NCBI GenBank assembly: GCA_934098555.1
Contig: CAKOOQ010000001.1
Coordinates: 6,243-70,242, forward strand
DNA length: 64,000 bases
DNA from: an uncultured Bacilli bacterium
GTDB taxonomy: Bacteria; Bacillota_I; Bacilli_A; RF39; UBA660
Direction of reading: 5' to 3'
Under the pieces are notes generated by a model. That model had not been told where the DNA came from. It made no database searches and saw only the letters and a list, made by a program, of their open reading frames with translations. Positions 8,682 through 17,664 of the stretch are shown in pieces (positions within the stretch are counted from its first letter, which is position 1; every line of letters begins with the position of its first letter). The translations under genes were made by a program, and so were the position numbers.

Positions 8682-10343
8682 TCACTCAGCTTTTTTATTT
8701 TCTATTTCTTTGGCTTTTTTCTTTTTTAAAATTATAATGACAACTGTTACAATAATGATAACAAATATACCTATTGCAATGAGTAATAAATTAATTTTAT
8801 TACTTTTTTGGAAAGATACAATATTTGATGAGGAAGATTCCGCAATAAGTTGTTTATCTAACTTTTCGTTAACGAGCAGATAATTTGAATTATGATTAAT
8901 GGTAAATTCGTAATAATCATCTTCTGTTTTTTTGACGTCAGTTTGTATTTCAAAGAAATTATTATCAGCTTCATTGAAATAATAGATATGAATGGTATCT
9001 TCAAGCACTCTTTGAATATTTTTAGTTGCTTTAATTCTTATCAAAGCATCTCCAGGCAAATTGCCATTGTCAGGAAAACTTACAACGATTCCTTTAGCGA
9101 CAAGTTTATTTATATCTTCATTACTCGTCACATTTTTAACTAGCATAGCGACATCAATGGTTTTTGATGAATTAATATTTTTTCCCTTAAAAACAATTTG
9201 ATTATTATGATAATTAATTGTTAAAGTTTTTTCTTTACCCTTTATCACATCAAATAATTCACTATTTATAAGTGCTTTTGCGTCTGCATTAATCGTAATA
9301 TTGGTATTTTCATCGGCACTGTATAACTTGGCAATTATATTAGCATTAATATCTTCATTATTATAAATAAAGTTATCTTCATTTTCATTTGTGATTTGTA
9401 AAGATGAATGGAAAGCAAATTGAATACCTCCCTCATCTCCATTTAAAGTGTATATAACTGTTTCATCTTGGGAAATCAAGGTGGCACTGACCAAAGAATA
9501 TGTATCACTTTCTACAGTAGTTGGAATTTCAAAATAAGGCTTGTTAGTTAAAGATTGAACGTAAACATGAAAAGTTTTGTTGCTTGCTGAAGTAAACGTT
9601 AATTTTACACTGTTTAATTCTAAATCAGAATCTAGCGTAACATAAACCTTGTCGGCCGTTTTAGCCTTTGATGTTTCTAAAAAAATACTTTTTAAAAGGA
9701 CCTTCTCTACTTCTTCAGGGGCTTTTTCTTCTTCCTCTTTTTGAATTATTAATGATGCTTCAAAATCATAAACATTATTGCCATAGGAACTATATTGTTT
9801 AGTAAAGGTTGTATGATCATTATTTTTTCCTACCAATAAAACATCTGTCACATGATAAGTTGTAGCAACAATATTTTTAGGGATGACAATGTAAGGATTA
9901 TCATTGATAGATTCAACAGTGGCCGTAAAAAATAAACCACTTTCACTTTGAAAGACAATAGAGGCTCCAGAATTACAAGCACCATTAGTGACTAAATCAA
10001 GATAAACTTTATCACCTAATTTTACTGTAGAATTTTTTAAGGCAAAATTTGCCAAATAAATAACATTATCTGTTAAAGATGCATTTGCATCCGTAGCATT
10101 TGAACTTGTAGCATTACTATCTGTTGCATTGGAATCTGTCGCATTACTATCAGTAGCATTGGAATCCGTTGCATTGGAATCAGTGGCATTAGGATCTGTC
10201 GCATAGCCAGCGGCATTAAATAAAAAACCTTGTAATGACGTAATGGTATTGTGGTTAAGTTGATAACCTACAAATAATCCAATAGCAAATATAGCTATAC
10301 CCCCTAATGATAATTTTAATATATTATTCTCAAACTTATTCAT
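8682..10343 (-). CDS. Surface-anchored protein with N- and C-terminal TM segments and an (NATDS)n repeat
   Basis: An N-terminal TM segment is followed by NATDSNATDSNATDSNATDSNATDSNATSSNATDANAS. The C-terminus is a hydrophobic anchor followed by a KKKK charged tail. Confidence 0.5.
   Translation of the reverse strand: MNKFENNILKLSLGGIAIFAIGLFVGYQLNHNTITSLQGFLFNAAGYATDPNATDSNATDSNATDSNATDSNATDSNATSSNATDANASLTDNVIYLANFALKNSTVKLGDKVYLDLVTNGACNSGASIVFQSESGLFFTATVESINDNPYIVIPKNIVATTYHVTDVLLVGKNNDHTTFTKQYSSYGNNVYDFEASLIIQKEEEEKAPEEVEKVLLKSIFLETSKAKTADKVYVTLDSDLELNSVKLTFTSASNKTFHVYVQSLTNKPYFEIPTTVESDTYSLVSATLISQDETVIYTLNGDEGGIQFAFHSSLQITNENEDNFIYNNEDINANIIAKLYSADENTNITINADAKALINSELFDVIKGKEKTLTINYHNNQIVFKGKNINSSKTIDVAMLVKNVTSNEDINKLVAKGIVVSFPDNGNLPGDALIRIKATKNIQRVLEDTIHIYYFNEADNNFFEIQTDVKKTEDDYYEFTINHNSNYLLVNEKLDKQLIAESSSSNIVSFQKSNKINLLLIAIGIFVIIIVTVVIIILKKKKAKEIENKKAE
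10081..10203. repeat. 15-bp tandem repeat (about 8 units) that encodes NATDS pentapeptide repeats
   Basis: Successive units are gcattggaatctgtc, gcattactatcagta, gcattggaatccgtt, gcattggaatcagtg and gcattaggatctgtc, and so on. Confidence 0.7.
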
Positions 10344-10379
10344 TGTATCTTACTACACTCCTACCTTAAATCAAGTATA

Positions 10380-11939
10380 TTATAAATTTTCTTTTTTTTC
10401 AATCGGTTTTCTAGGAACATCTAAAAGACTTCGAGAATGCAAAGCCATTAAAAGCCAAAAAATAGGACTGACAATAACCACAGATAAATTGAAAAAATCT
10501 TGAATCCAATAACAAATAAGAGCCACGAGTAAAGGCTCAGAAGCGGGATTCATTTTTTGTAAGCCATCTTTTAATTGCCAAAACAAAAATAAGATATAAT
10601 TTAATAAACCAACGACACCTAAATTAACCAACATCGTTAAATAAACATTCGCAGCGGTATCATTAATGGTAATAATTCCATTTTGCATCTGGGAAATATC
10701 CTCAGTAAATCTAGCCATAAAACGCAAGGCAAAAGTATCGGGTCCTGAACCCAAAAGAGGATAATCTGACAAAAGTAGAAGCGTTCGTTTCCAAAGAAAG
10801 ACACGGTATGTACCAAAATTATCATCAAAATTACCATGTAATAATTCATGAATTTCATATAAAATACCACTCTTAAAATCATAACGGTACAAAATAACAA
10901 GTCCGAAAAAGATACTTATAAGAATAGCTCCATAGTATCTTGTTAAAACTTTTTTGGTATTTTTCAAAGTGTAATTTGTCTTTCTTAAAACGTAAGAAAG
11001 ATAAAGAAGAGTCCCGCAAACCAAAAGAAAAAGAATAACAAGATAATTAAATTGAAAATATAATGCTAATTTTTGTAAATCATAGTGATATTCTGGATTA
11101 ATGATAATATTAACGCCGTAACTTAACAAAATGGTAGCTAACATAATAAGGGCCCGGCTAAGTCTTTTATTATTTAAAATAAGAAAAGGAAAAATCAAAG
11201 CTAAAGTAGCTAAAAAGGCTACTTTGCCACTTTGAACATCAATAATTCCTAAGATAAAAAAGCCCATGAATACCGATAGCAAATGAATTACTTTATAACT
11301 TTTCTTTTCTTCTTCCAAAAAAACAAAGGCATTAAAAGAAACCGATAGTAAAAGACAGTATAAAGCTGAAATAAAATCAATATTTCCTATGGTAGCCATA
11401 AAGCTTACATTATGGGTACCAATACTCCCTTGATACATATTAAATGGGTTAAAACCTATATATTGCAAAATGGCAATAGTGTTTATTAAAATAGACGAAA
11501 GTGAAAAATACAAAAGGTGTTTTCTTTTGAAACGGGCAAATTCTGTGATGTATAAAAAAGTTGATATATATAAAGATGTTACTAAAAGTCCTTCACCTCT
11601 ACCGACACCCACAAATAAGTTGTGTGTTTTTAAATAAGGTGACGTTAAACAAGATAAAATATTTATAAGCCAAAAGAAAAAGGCGGCCATTTGAATTTTA
11701 GATAATTTCTTTTTCTTAAAATAATTTACTTTTTTAAAAAGTAAGAAATACAAAATAATAGAAGTACTTGTCACTAAGTAACAACTAGAAAGTATAATAT
11801 AAGCATACCATTTACATTCCAAAATATGAAAAAAACCCGTTTTATCTACAATTAAAGGAAAAATTAAGATTAAAATAAAGATAAAAATATCGGAAACAAT
11901 TTCTAAAATTTTTTGTTCCTTTTTTAATAATTCTGTCAT
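10380..11939 (-). CDS. O-antigen ligase / Wzy-like polysaccharide polymerase family membrane protein
   Basis: The protein has at least 10 TM helices. A periplasmic-loop block HELLHGNFDDNFGTYRVFLWKRTL...GSGPDTFALRF resembles the Wzy_C signature. Confidence 0.45.
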   Translation of the reverse strand: MTELLKKEQKILEIVSDIFIFILILIFPLIVDKTGFFHILECKWYAYIILSSCYLVTSTSIILYFLLFKKVNYFKKKKLSKIQMAAFFFWLINILSCLTSPYLKTHNLFVGVGRGEGLLVTSLYISTFLYITEFARFKRKHLLYFSLSSILINTIAILQYIGFNPFNMYQGSIGTHNVSFMATIGNIDFISALYCLLLSVSFNAFVFLEEEKKSYKVIHLLSVFMGFFILGIIDVQSGKVAFLATLALIFPFLILNNKRLSRALIMLATILLSYGVNIIINPEYHYDLQKLALYFQFNYLVILFLLVCGTLLYLSYVLRKTNYTLKNTKKVLTRYYGAILISIFFGLVILYRYDFKSGILYEIHELLHGNFDDNFGTYRVFLWKRTLLLLSDYPLLGSGPDTFALRFMARFTEDISQMQNGIITINDTAANVYLTMLVNLGVVGLLNYILFLFWQLKDGLQKMNPASEPLLVALICYWIQDFFNLSVVIVSPIFWLLMALHSRSLLDVPRKPIEKKENL

Positions 11940-11995
11940 ACTTGCCCACTCCTCTTTATTTTAAAGTATAGCAGATATTTTGAACTTTAAAAACA

Positions 11996-12047
11996 CTTTT
12001 ATTTAGTTTGTTTTACGATATTGAATTTGGTAAATAATTTTAAGGAG
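11996..12047. repeat. Right copy of the roughly 50-bp direct repeat; it overlaps the last 14 codons of the SDR gene
   Basis: The sequence cttttatttagtttgttttacgatattgaatttggtaaataattttaaggag matches 2325-2375. Confidence 0.5.
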
Positions 12048-12764
12048 TAATTTATAAGGTAAAAAACGACTGAAAAATAAGCCTATTTTCATTTTTAAAG
12101 TTGGAACAATAAGTAATTTTCTTTGAAACATTTTATCAATACCATATTTAGCCACATCAAAACTATTGGCTCCTTTTATACTAAATTTGCCATGAGCTAC
12201 TTTGTTAAAATTGGTATTCACGGGACCCGGACATAAGGCACTTATAGAAACATGACTTTTACTTTTTCTTAATTCTTCATAAATAGCCATCGTAAGCTTT
12301 AAAACGTAATTTTTAGTGGCATAATATGTCGATAATCTTGGACCGGCTAAAAAACCGGCACTTGAACAAACATTTAAAATATACCCCTTATCTTTTTTAA
12401 TAAAATCTTGTAAAAAAAGTTTGGTTAAAATATGATACGCGACAACGTTTAAATTAATCATTTTAAGTTCTCTATCTAAATCAGTTTGGCTAAACTCTCC
12501 AAATAAACCGAATCCAGCATTATTAATTAAAATATCTATATTTTCATTTTTTACTTTTTCATAAAGTTCATATACATTTTCTTTAACTGTTAAATCATAC
12601 GTTAAAACTTCAACATTAACCGTCAATTCTTGTTTTAACTTTAAAAGATTTTCTTCATCTCTAGCCACTAATATTAAATCAATTTTTTTACTATTTAAAT
12701 AACGAGCCATATCACGACCTATGCCTGATGATGCTCCTGTTATTAATGCTTTCACTATTATCAC
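12003..12764 (-). CDS. SDR-family short-chain dehydrogenase/reductase
   Basis: The protein has the ITGASSGIGRD cofactor-binding motif and the YYATK catalytic YxxxK motif. Confidence 0.7.
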   Translation of the reverse strand: MIIVKALITGASSGIGRDMARYLNSKKIDLILVARDEENLLKLKQELTVNVEVLTYDLTVKENVYELYEKVKNENIDILINNAGFGLFGEFSQTDLDRELKMINLNVVAYHILTKLFLQDFIKKDKGYILNVCSSAGFLAGPRLSTYYATKNYVLKLTMAIYEELRKSKSHVSISALCPGPVNTNFNKVAHGKFSIKGANSFDVAKYGIDKMFQRKLLIVPTLKMKIGLFFSRFLPYKLLLKIIYQIQYRKTN

Positions 12765-12869
12765 TCTCCTATTATTAGGATACCAAAAATAAATAATTTT
12801 TAAAACTAAATTTCATTGCTTTATTAAAAGAATTTTATTACACTTATATTAAGATAAGGTGGAATCATA

Positions 12870-13820
12870 ATGAATATAAATATAAATATACAAACTTTTT
12901 ATACGGAAGATGGTACTCTTTTAAGAGGTATTCTTTCTAAAGGAAAAGAAGAAAATGAAACCGTTGTCGTACATATAAATGGTCGTGGGGCTGGACAATT
13001 TAATAATATGACAACTAGAATGCGAAATTTCTATATACAAAATAACGTTGATTTCTTTTCTTACGATCAAAGATTTTGGCAATATGGTGAAAAGGTGTTC
13101 AAAACCGAAAAAGATGTAGGAAAATATTCTGTAGAAGATGCCCAAAAAGATTTAAAAGGAGCTTTAAAATTTGTTAAAGAATTAGGTTATCAAAACATTA
13201 TATTAGAAGGACATAGCCTAGGAACCGAAATTGCTACGAAATACTTAAATAATAATTTTGACGATAAAATTTCTAGGCTAATACTTTTGTCTCCCAGTGA
13301 TCATATCGAAGCTATGAAAAATCTTCCTAAAACTTATAAAGAAATTACCATGAAAGAATTAAAAGAGGCTTATGATAAGGCATTAGAAAATGTCAGACAA
13401 AATAAACCAGACGAAATAGTTCTTGATAAAGGAATGTTAGGTGTTTATAGTGCCAAGCAATTTTTAGAATGTAACTCTAAAAATGGTGGCTTTAATCAGC
13501 TTTCTTATGAGGACAATAATACCTTTCCAAACATAACAGTACCTGTCACCATTATATTAGGTTCTAAAGATCCTTTGCTTTCTAATATCTCTAAGGCAGA
13601 ACTATATTTTAATCACGCCTTTTCAAACGGAAAAACTTTTGTTTTGGATACCTCTCACACATTAGAAGGAAATGATGTTTTCGAAGTTCTTCAAGATACT
13701 TTACCCAAAAAACAAAAGGAAACACTTCTTTTACACCAAAAAGGCAAAATTAATAAAATATTCATTCTACTAAGTGTTTTATTCTTTTTAAGCGTTTTAA
13801 TCTTAGTATTTAATCATTAA
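12870..13820 (+). CDS. Alpha/beta hydrolase (GxSxG esterase/lipase) with a C-terminal TM anchor
   Basis: The GHSLG nucleophile elbow is present, and the C-terminus is a hydrophobic helix (IFILLSVLFFLSVLILVF). Confidence 0.5.
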   Translation: MNININIQTFYTEDGTLLRGILSKGKEENETVVVHINGRGAGQFNNMTTRMRNFYIQNNVDFFSYDQRFWQYGEKVFKTEKDVGKYSVEDAQKDLKGALKFVKELGYQNIILEGHSLGTEIATKYLNNNFDDKISRLILLSPSDHIEAMKNLPKTYKEITMKELKEAYDKALENVRQNKPDEIVLDKGMLGVYSAKQFLECNSKNGGFNQLSYEDNNTFPNITVPVTIILGSKDPLLSNISKAELYFNHAFSNGKTFVLDTSHTLEGNDVFEVLQDTLPKKQKETLLLHQKGKINKIFILLSVLFFLSVLILVFNH

Positions 13821-13844
13821 AAAAAGAAAAGCTTAACACCTTTC

Positions 13845-15467
13845 TTAATTATTTCTTTCAAATGATTCCATTAATTTAGGAAGCATTTGTTTTTTACGTG
13901 AAACTAAATCTTTAATAAATGTTCCTTCTGTAACTTCTTCTAAGTCAAAACTATCTTCAATAATATTTTTGGCATTTGTGTTATATAAAACATAAGAACC
14001 ATTTTTAATAATATCTGTGATAAAAAACGTGATAGCTGCATAATCATTTTTAGCAAGTTCATCTAATTTTGTGACGTATTCATCCATATGATTTTTAATT
14101 GTGTCAAAATCCATCGTCGTAATTTGACTAATACCTAAAGTATCATTGCCAATTTTATAAGATTTAAAATCTTGATAGATAACATCTTCGACACTCATGC
14201 CTTCGATACTACTTCCGGCTTTTAGCATTTGATAGCCATATTCTTCATAATTTTCATCACAAATTTTTGAAAGTTCTTTAACTGCTTTACGGTCCATATC
14301 CGTTGTTGTTGGACTTTTTAAAATTAAAGTATCGGATAAAATAGCGGATAGCATTAAGCCAGCGATATCTTTAGGAATATTGATATTATATTCTTGATAT
14401 AATTGATAAAGAATCGTACACGTACAACCTACTGGCATACAACGAACATTAATAGGAATAGACGTACCAATAGCACCTAAATTATGGTGATCAATAATTT
14501 CAATAATACTTGCTTCATCAATACCAGAAACACTTTGTTCAAGACTATTATGGTCAACTAGAATAACATTTTTCTTATCATATTTTCCAGTGTCAGTAAC
14601 ACGTATCAAACCTAATACCTCATCTTTTTTATTCAAAATCGGATAATTCGTATGTCCAAGTTTTTGAGCCATAGCTGTAAAATCTGTTAGATAATCTTGA
14701 TCATAAACAACCGCTGGGGTTTTGTTTAAATCAAGTGATTTAACATAATTACTTAAAGCAATTTTATTGCAAGTATTATAAGTATCATAAGAGCTTGAAA
14801 TAATACTTACCTTTTTTTCACGTGCTTCATTTAATAAAGTTTCATCAAGCTCTAAATTACCCGTTAAAACAATTAAACTAATACCACTTTTAATCGCATG
14901 TTCTACTACTTTATAACGGTCACCAACAATTAAAATATCACTTGGCGTAAATTCTACTTTTTCAATAAAAGTTTGACTTTGATAACTTCCTGCATATAAC
15001 TTTCCGTCAAATTCATCTTTAAAACGTAGGATTTCTTTTCCTTTTAAAGCATCTACAATGTGTTGATAACTCGTATATAAATGGTCTTTTGAATTTTCAA
15101 CAAAAATATTAGCAATCTCTTTTAGAGTGATTAAACCCGCAATGTGTTTTTCACTATCAACAATAGGTACAGCCGTGCAATTTTTTTCATGCATATAATC
15201 AACAACTTCAATTAAAGAAGCCTTTTCTTCTAGCATAACTCCTTTGTTGTAATGTACATTTCTAAGTTGTACTTTTACGTTATTTAAATATTCTGGTTCT
15301 TTTATGCCAAAATGATTAAGAGCAAAAGCCGTTTCTCTATTAATATGACCTAAAACTCTGGCTTCAGCATGCATACCCCGTTTGTTTTCTAAATATGCTA
15401 AACTAATAGCAGAACAAACAGTATCTGTATCAGGGTTTCGATGGCCAAAAATTAAAGTTTTATCCAT
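13845..15467 (-). CDS. CBS-domain-containing family II (DHH/DHHA2) manganese-dependent inorganic pyrophosphatase
   Basis: The N-terminus MDKTLIFGHRNPDTDTVCSAIS is the family II PPase DHH motif. The 540-aa length, rather than about 310 aa, fits the CBS/DRTGG-inserted subtype. Confidence 0.65.
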   Translation of the reverse strand: MDKTLIFGHRNPDTDTVCSAISLAYLENKRGMHAEARVLGHINRETAFALNHFGIKEPEYLNNVKVQLRNVHYNKGVMLEEKASLIEVVDYMHEKNCTAVPIVDSEKHIAGLITLKEIANIFVENSKDHLYTSYQHIVDALKGKEILRFKDEFDGKLYAGSYQSQTFIEKVEFTPSDILIVGDRYKVVEHAIKSGISLIVLTGNLELDETLLNEAREKKVSIISSSYDTYNTCNKIALSNYVKSLDLNKTPAVVYDQDYLTDFTAMAQKLGHTNYPILNKKDEVLGLIRVTDTGKYDKKNVILVDHNSLEQSVSGIDEASIIEIIDHHNLGAIGTSIPINVRCMPVGCTCTILYQLYQEYNINIPKDIAGLMLSAILSDTLILKSPTTTDMDRKAVKELSKICDENYEEYGYQMLKAGSSIEGMSVEDVIYQDFKSYKIGNDTLGISQITTMDFDTIKNHMDEYVTKLDELAKNDYAAITFFITDIIKNGSYVLYNTNAKNIIEDSFDLEEVTEGTFIKDLVSRKKQMLPKLMESFERNN

Positions 15468-15531
15468 TTAAAATTCCTTCTTTCACTGAAATAATATACC
15501 ACATTCACAAGAGAGATAAAAGAAGAAATTT

Positions 15532-16896
15532 TTATTCTTCTTTATCTTTTACCTCAGCAAACAATTTTTGCATTGTTTCATTATTTTTCGTTAAATTTTT
15601 AATCGTTAAATCTTCAGCTTTATTATTAGCTAAACGTAAATTGTTTTCACTCGATAATAAAGCTTCTTTTGTTTTTTGTAAATGATCAATAGTTTTATCA
15701 ATCTCTTCAATAGCCTTTTTAAATTTTGTAGACGCGATTTGATAATTTCTACCAAAGACCTCTTTAAATTTATTCATATTTTCTTCAAAATGTGAAATAT
15801 CTAAATTTTGATTTTTCATAATAGTGATTTCTTTTTTATACTCTAAAGACTTTAAAGAGGCATTTCTTAAAAGTGTAATTAAAGGAATAAAAAATTGGGG
15901 CCTTATGACATACATTTTATCGTATTTATAAGAAACATCCACAATACCTGCATTATAAACTTCATTATCAATTTCAAGTAAACTTACTAAAACCGCATAT
16001 TCACATTTTTTTTCTTTTCTATCTTTATCTAATTCTTTGAAAAAATCTTCATTTTTATGTTTCGTAGCGGTTTCATCCGCCTCATTTTTCATTTCAAACA
16101 TAATAGATAAAAGTTCATTATTATCTTCATCATATTCCCTAAAAATAAAGTCTCCTTTAGAACCCGTTTTAATATCATTATCTTTTTCAAAATATGTATT
16201 TTTACTTAAAATAGGTCTAATTCTACTAAATTCAGCATTACAATGTTGCTCTAAAGTTTCCCCAATCATTTTGGTTGATTGTCTTGCTTTTAAATCTTTA
16301 TAATATTCAATAATATCATTTTTACTTTTAATTTCTTGCTCAAAAGACTGTTTCATACTTGACTCTTTTAAAGCATATTCTTTTTGATTTAAAAGAATTT
16401 TATTCTGCAAGGATGTTATTTCTTCATTTTTTCTTGCTTTTAATTTTTCAATATCACTTTCTTTTTCTAAAGCTTTTATTTTAAGTTCTTGATTTAAGTC
16501 GGCGATTTGCTGCTTTAACCCTCTTACTTCTTCCCCAGATATACTGGCCTCCTTTTGTTTTACTCGCTCTAATTCTTTTAACTGTTCTTGCTTTTCTTTT
16601 TGAAGTTGTTCTTCTAAATTTGTAATTTTTGCTTCTTTTTCTTTTATAGCCATATCCTTTTCTAGCGTCATTTTTTCTTTTAAAAACGCTATAGCGGTTT
16701 CTTTTTCTTCTTTTAATTTTTTTTCACTCAAGGATACTTGATTTAAAAATTCTTTATCTCTTACCTGATTTAAAATAAACGCATAATCTTCTTTAGCAAT
16801 TTCAAATTCCGTATGACAATGCGGACATTTAATTTTATTCATTTCCAAAACACTCCTTTTAAATATTATTCTAACACAACAAAACGAAAAAAACAT
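15532..16896 (-). CDS. DUF2130-like protein with an N-terminal zinc ribbon, a long coiled coil and a C-terminal PD-(D/E)XK-like nuclease motif set
   Basis: An N-terminal KIKCPHCHTEFEI zinc ribbon is followed by about 150 aa rich in E, K, L and Q heptads. GETLE...KGDFIF...IMFEMKNE then gives an E...D...ExK arrangement. Confidence 0.5.
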   Translation of the reverse strand: MFFSFCCVRIIFKRSVLEMNKIKCPHCHTEFEIAKEDYAFILNQVRDKEFLNQVSLSEKKLKEEKETAIAFLKEKMTLEKDMAIKEKEAKITNLEEQLQKEKQEQLKELERVKQKEASISGEEVRGLKQQIADLNQELKIKALEKESDIEKLKARKNEEITSLQNKILLNQKEYALKESSMKQSFEQEIKSKNDIIEYYKDLKARQSTKMIGETLEQHCNAEFSRIRPILSKNTYFEKDNDIKTGSKGDFIFREYDEDNNELLSIMFEMKNEADETATKHKNEDFFKELDKDRKEKKCEYAVLVSLLEIDNEVYNAGIVDVSYKYDKMYVIRPQFFIPLITLLRNASLKSLEYKKEITIMKNQNLDISHFEENMNKFKEVFGRNYQIASTKFKKAIEEIDKTIDHLQKTKEALLSSENNLRLANNKAEDLTIKNLTKNNETMQKLFAEVKDKEE

Positions 16897-16912
16897 CCTA
16901 CTTAAAGAATGT

Positions 16913-17542
16913 TTATTTTACTCTTCTTAAGACCTCTATTTCACCTTGAACAAGATATTCATTGGTCATGTTCATATCAGAACCAATCGTTGGCTCCCAA
17001 TATTTTTGGGCTTGTTTATACGTATCTTCATAAGATAAAATTTCATCTGGTAATAACTGTTCATTCGTTTTAAAAATATTACCTGTGGCCTTCACTTCAA
17101 AAATGTATTTAGAATCTCCTTCTAAAATGTCATACCAGTAATCTCTACCCTCTTTATCACATAAATAGATGGAATGAAGACGACTTGGTAAATGTGGAAC
17201 GTATTTTTGACGATAAAGTTCTAAAGCTTGTTCTCTTTTAAAGATATCTGCTTGGTCACTTAAATTAGCCGCGCCATTTAAAAGTTCTAAAATTTCCATC
17301 ATATCTCTTTGATTTATGAAAGCTCGATATTGCAAAAACGACATTTTTGCTCTAAGAAGTTCTGATAATAAAACTCTTTGAGTGCCCGTATTGGTTTGGC
17401 AAAGAACTCCTTGGTTAAAATTCATGTACTGCTTGTACAGACCTGTTTGGCTATCTTCTTTCATGATAATTTTATTATTTGGTTGCCAAATCTTGTTGTT
17501 TTCATTGGAACGATGAATATGATATAGTTTCATTTCACTCAT
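16913..17542 (-). CDS. Hypothetical 209-aa protein, co-directional and 16 nt upstream of the DUF2130 gene
   Basis: The ORF has no recognisable family. It contains RQKYVPH, an Rx5H pattern reminiscent of HEPN motifs, but this is weak evidence. Confidence 0.35.
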   Translation of the reverse strand: MSEMKLYHIHRSNENNKIWQPNNKIIMKEDSQTGLYKQYMNFNQGVLCQTNTGTQRVLLSELLRAKMSFLQYRAFINQRDMMEILELLNGAANLSDQADIFKREQALELYRQKYVPHLPSRLHSIYLCDKEGRDYWYDILEGDSKYIFEVKATGNIFKTNEQLLPDEILSYEDTYKQAQKYWEPTIGSDMNMTNEYLVQGEIEVLRRVK

Positions 17543-17607
17543 AAATTTTCCCCCCTCGTTTGTAAGATGTATCCTAACACAAGATGGTCATAAATGCAAG
17601 TTTTTAT

Positions 17608-17636
17608 TTGACAGAAAAAAAGGGCCTTTATATAAT
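17608..17636 (+). promoter_or_regulatory. Consensus sigma-A promoter (TTGACA, 17-nt spacer, TATAAT) for the 371-aa gene
   Basis: ttgaca is at 17608-17613 and tataat at 17631-17636. A GAGGAA ribosome-binding site lies upstream of the ATG at 17665. Confidence 0.55.
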
Positions 17637-17664
17637 AGGAATCATTTAGAAAAGAGGAACGCTT

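Noticed and set aside
8892-9143. Plus-strand 83-aa ORF inside the surface-protein gene
   Set aside because: It is antisense to a 553-aa ORF that has a coherent domain architecture. Its AT-rich translation is Ile/Phe-rich.
10637-10900. Minus-strand 87-aa ORF overlapping the Wzy-like gene in another frame
   Set aside because: It is a same-strand alternative frame of a long polytopic membrane-protein gene, so it is a frame artefact.
12921-13145. Remaining small antisense ORFs. These are 12921..13145, 16037..16303, 18232..18504, 20489..20734, 24447..24638, 37590..37823, 38544..38816, 41215..41502, 41259..41462, 42300..42488, 43387..43608, 48777..49097, 53505..53822, 54854..55102, 57542..57811, 58771..59109, 60924..61139, 61621..61809 and 63335..63538.
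   Set aside because: Each lies antisense or out of frame within a better-supported gene. In the case of 63335..63538, it lies in an AT-rich intergenic leader and has no ribosome-binding site or motif. These are typical six-frame noise in AT-rich DNA.
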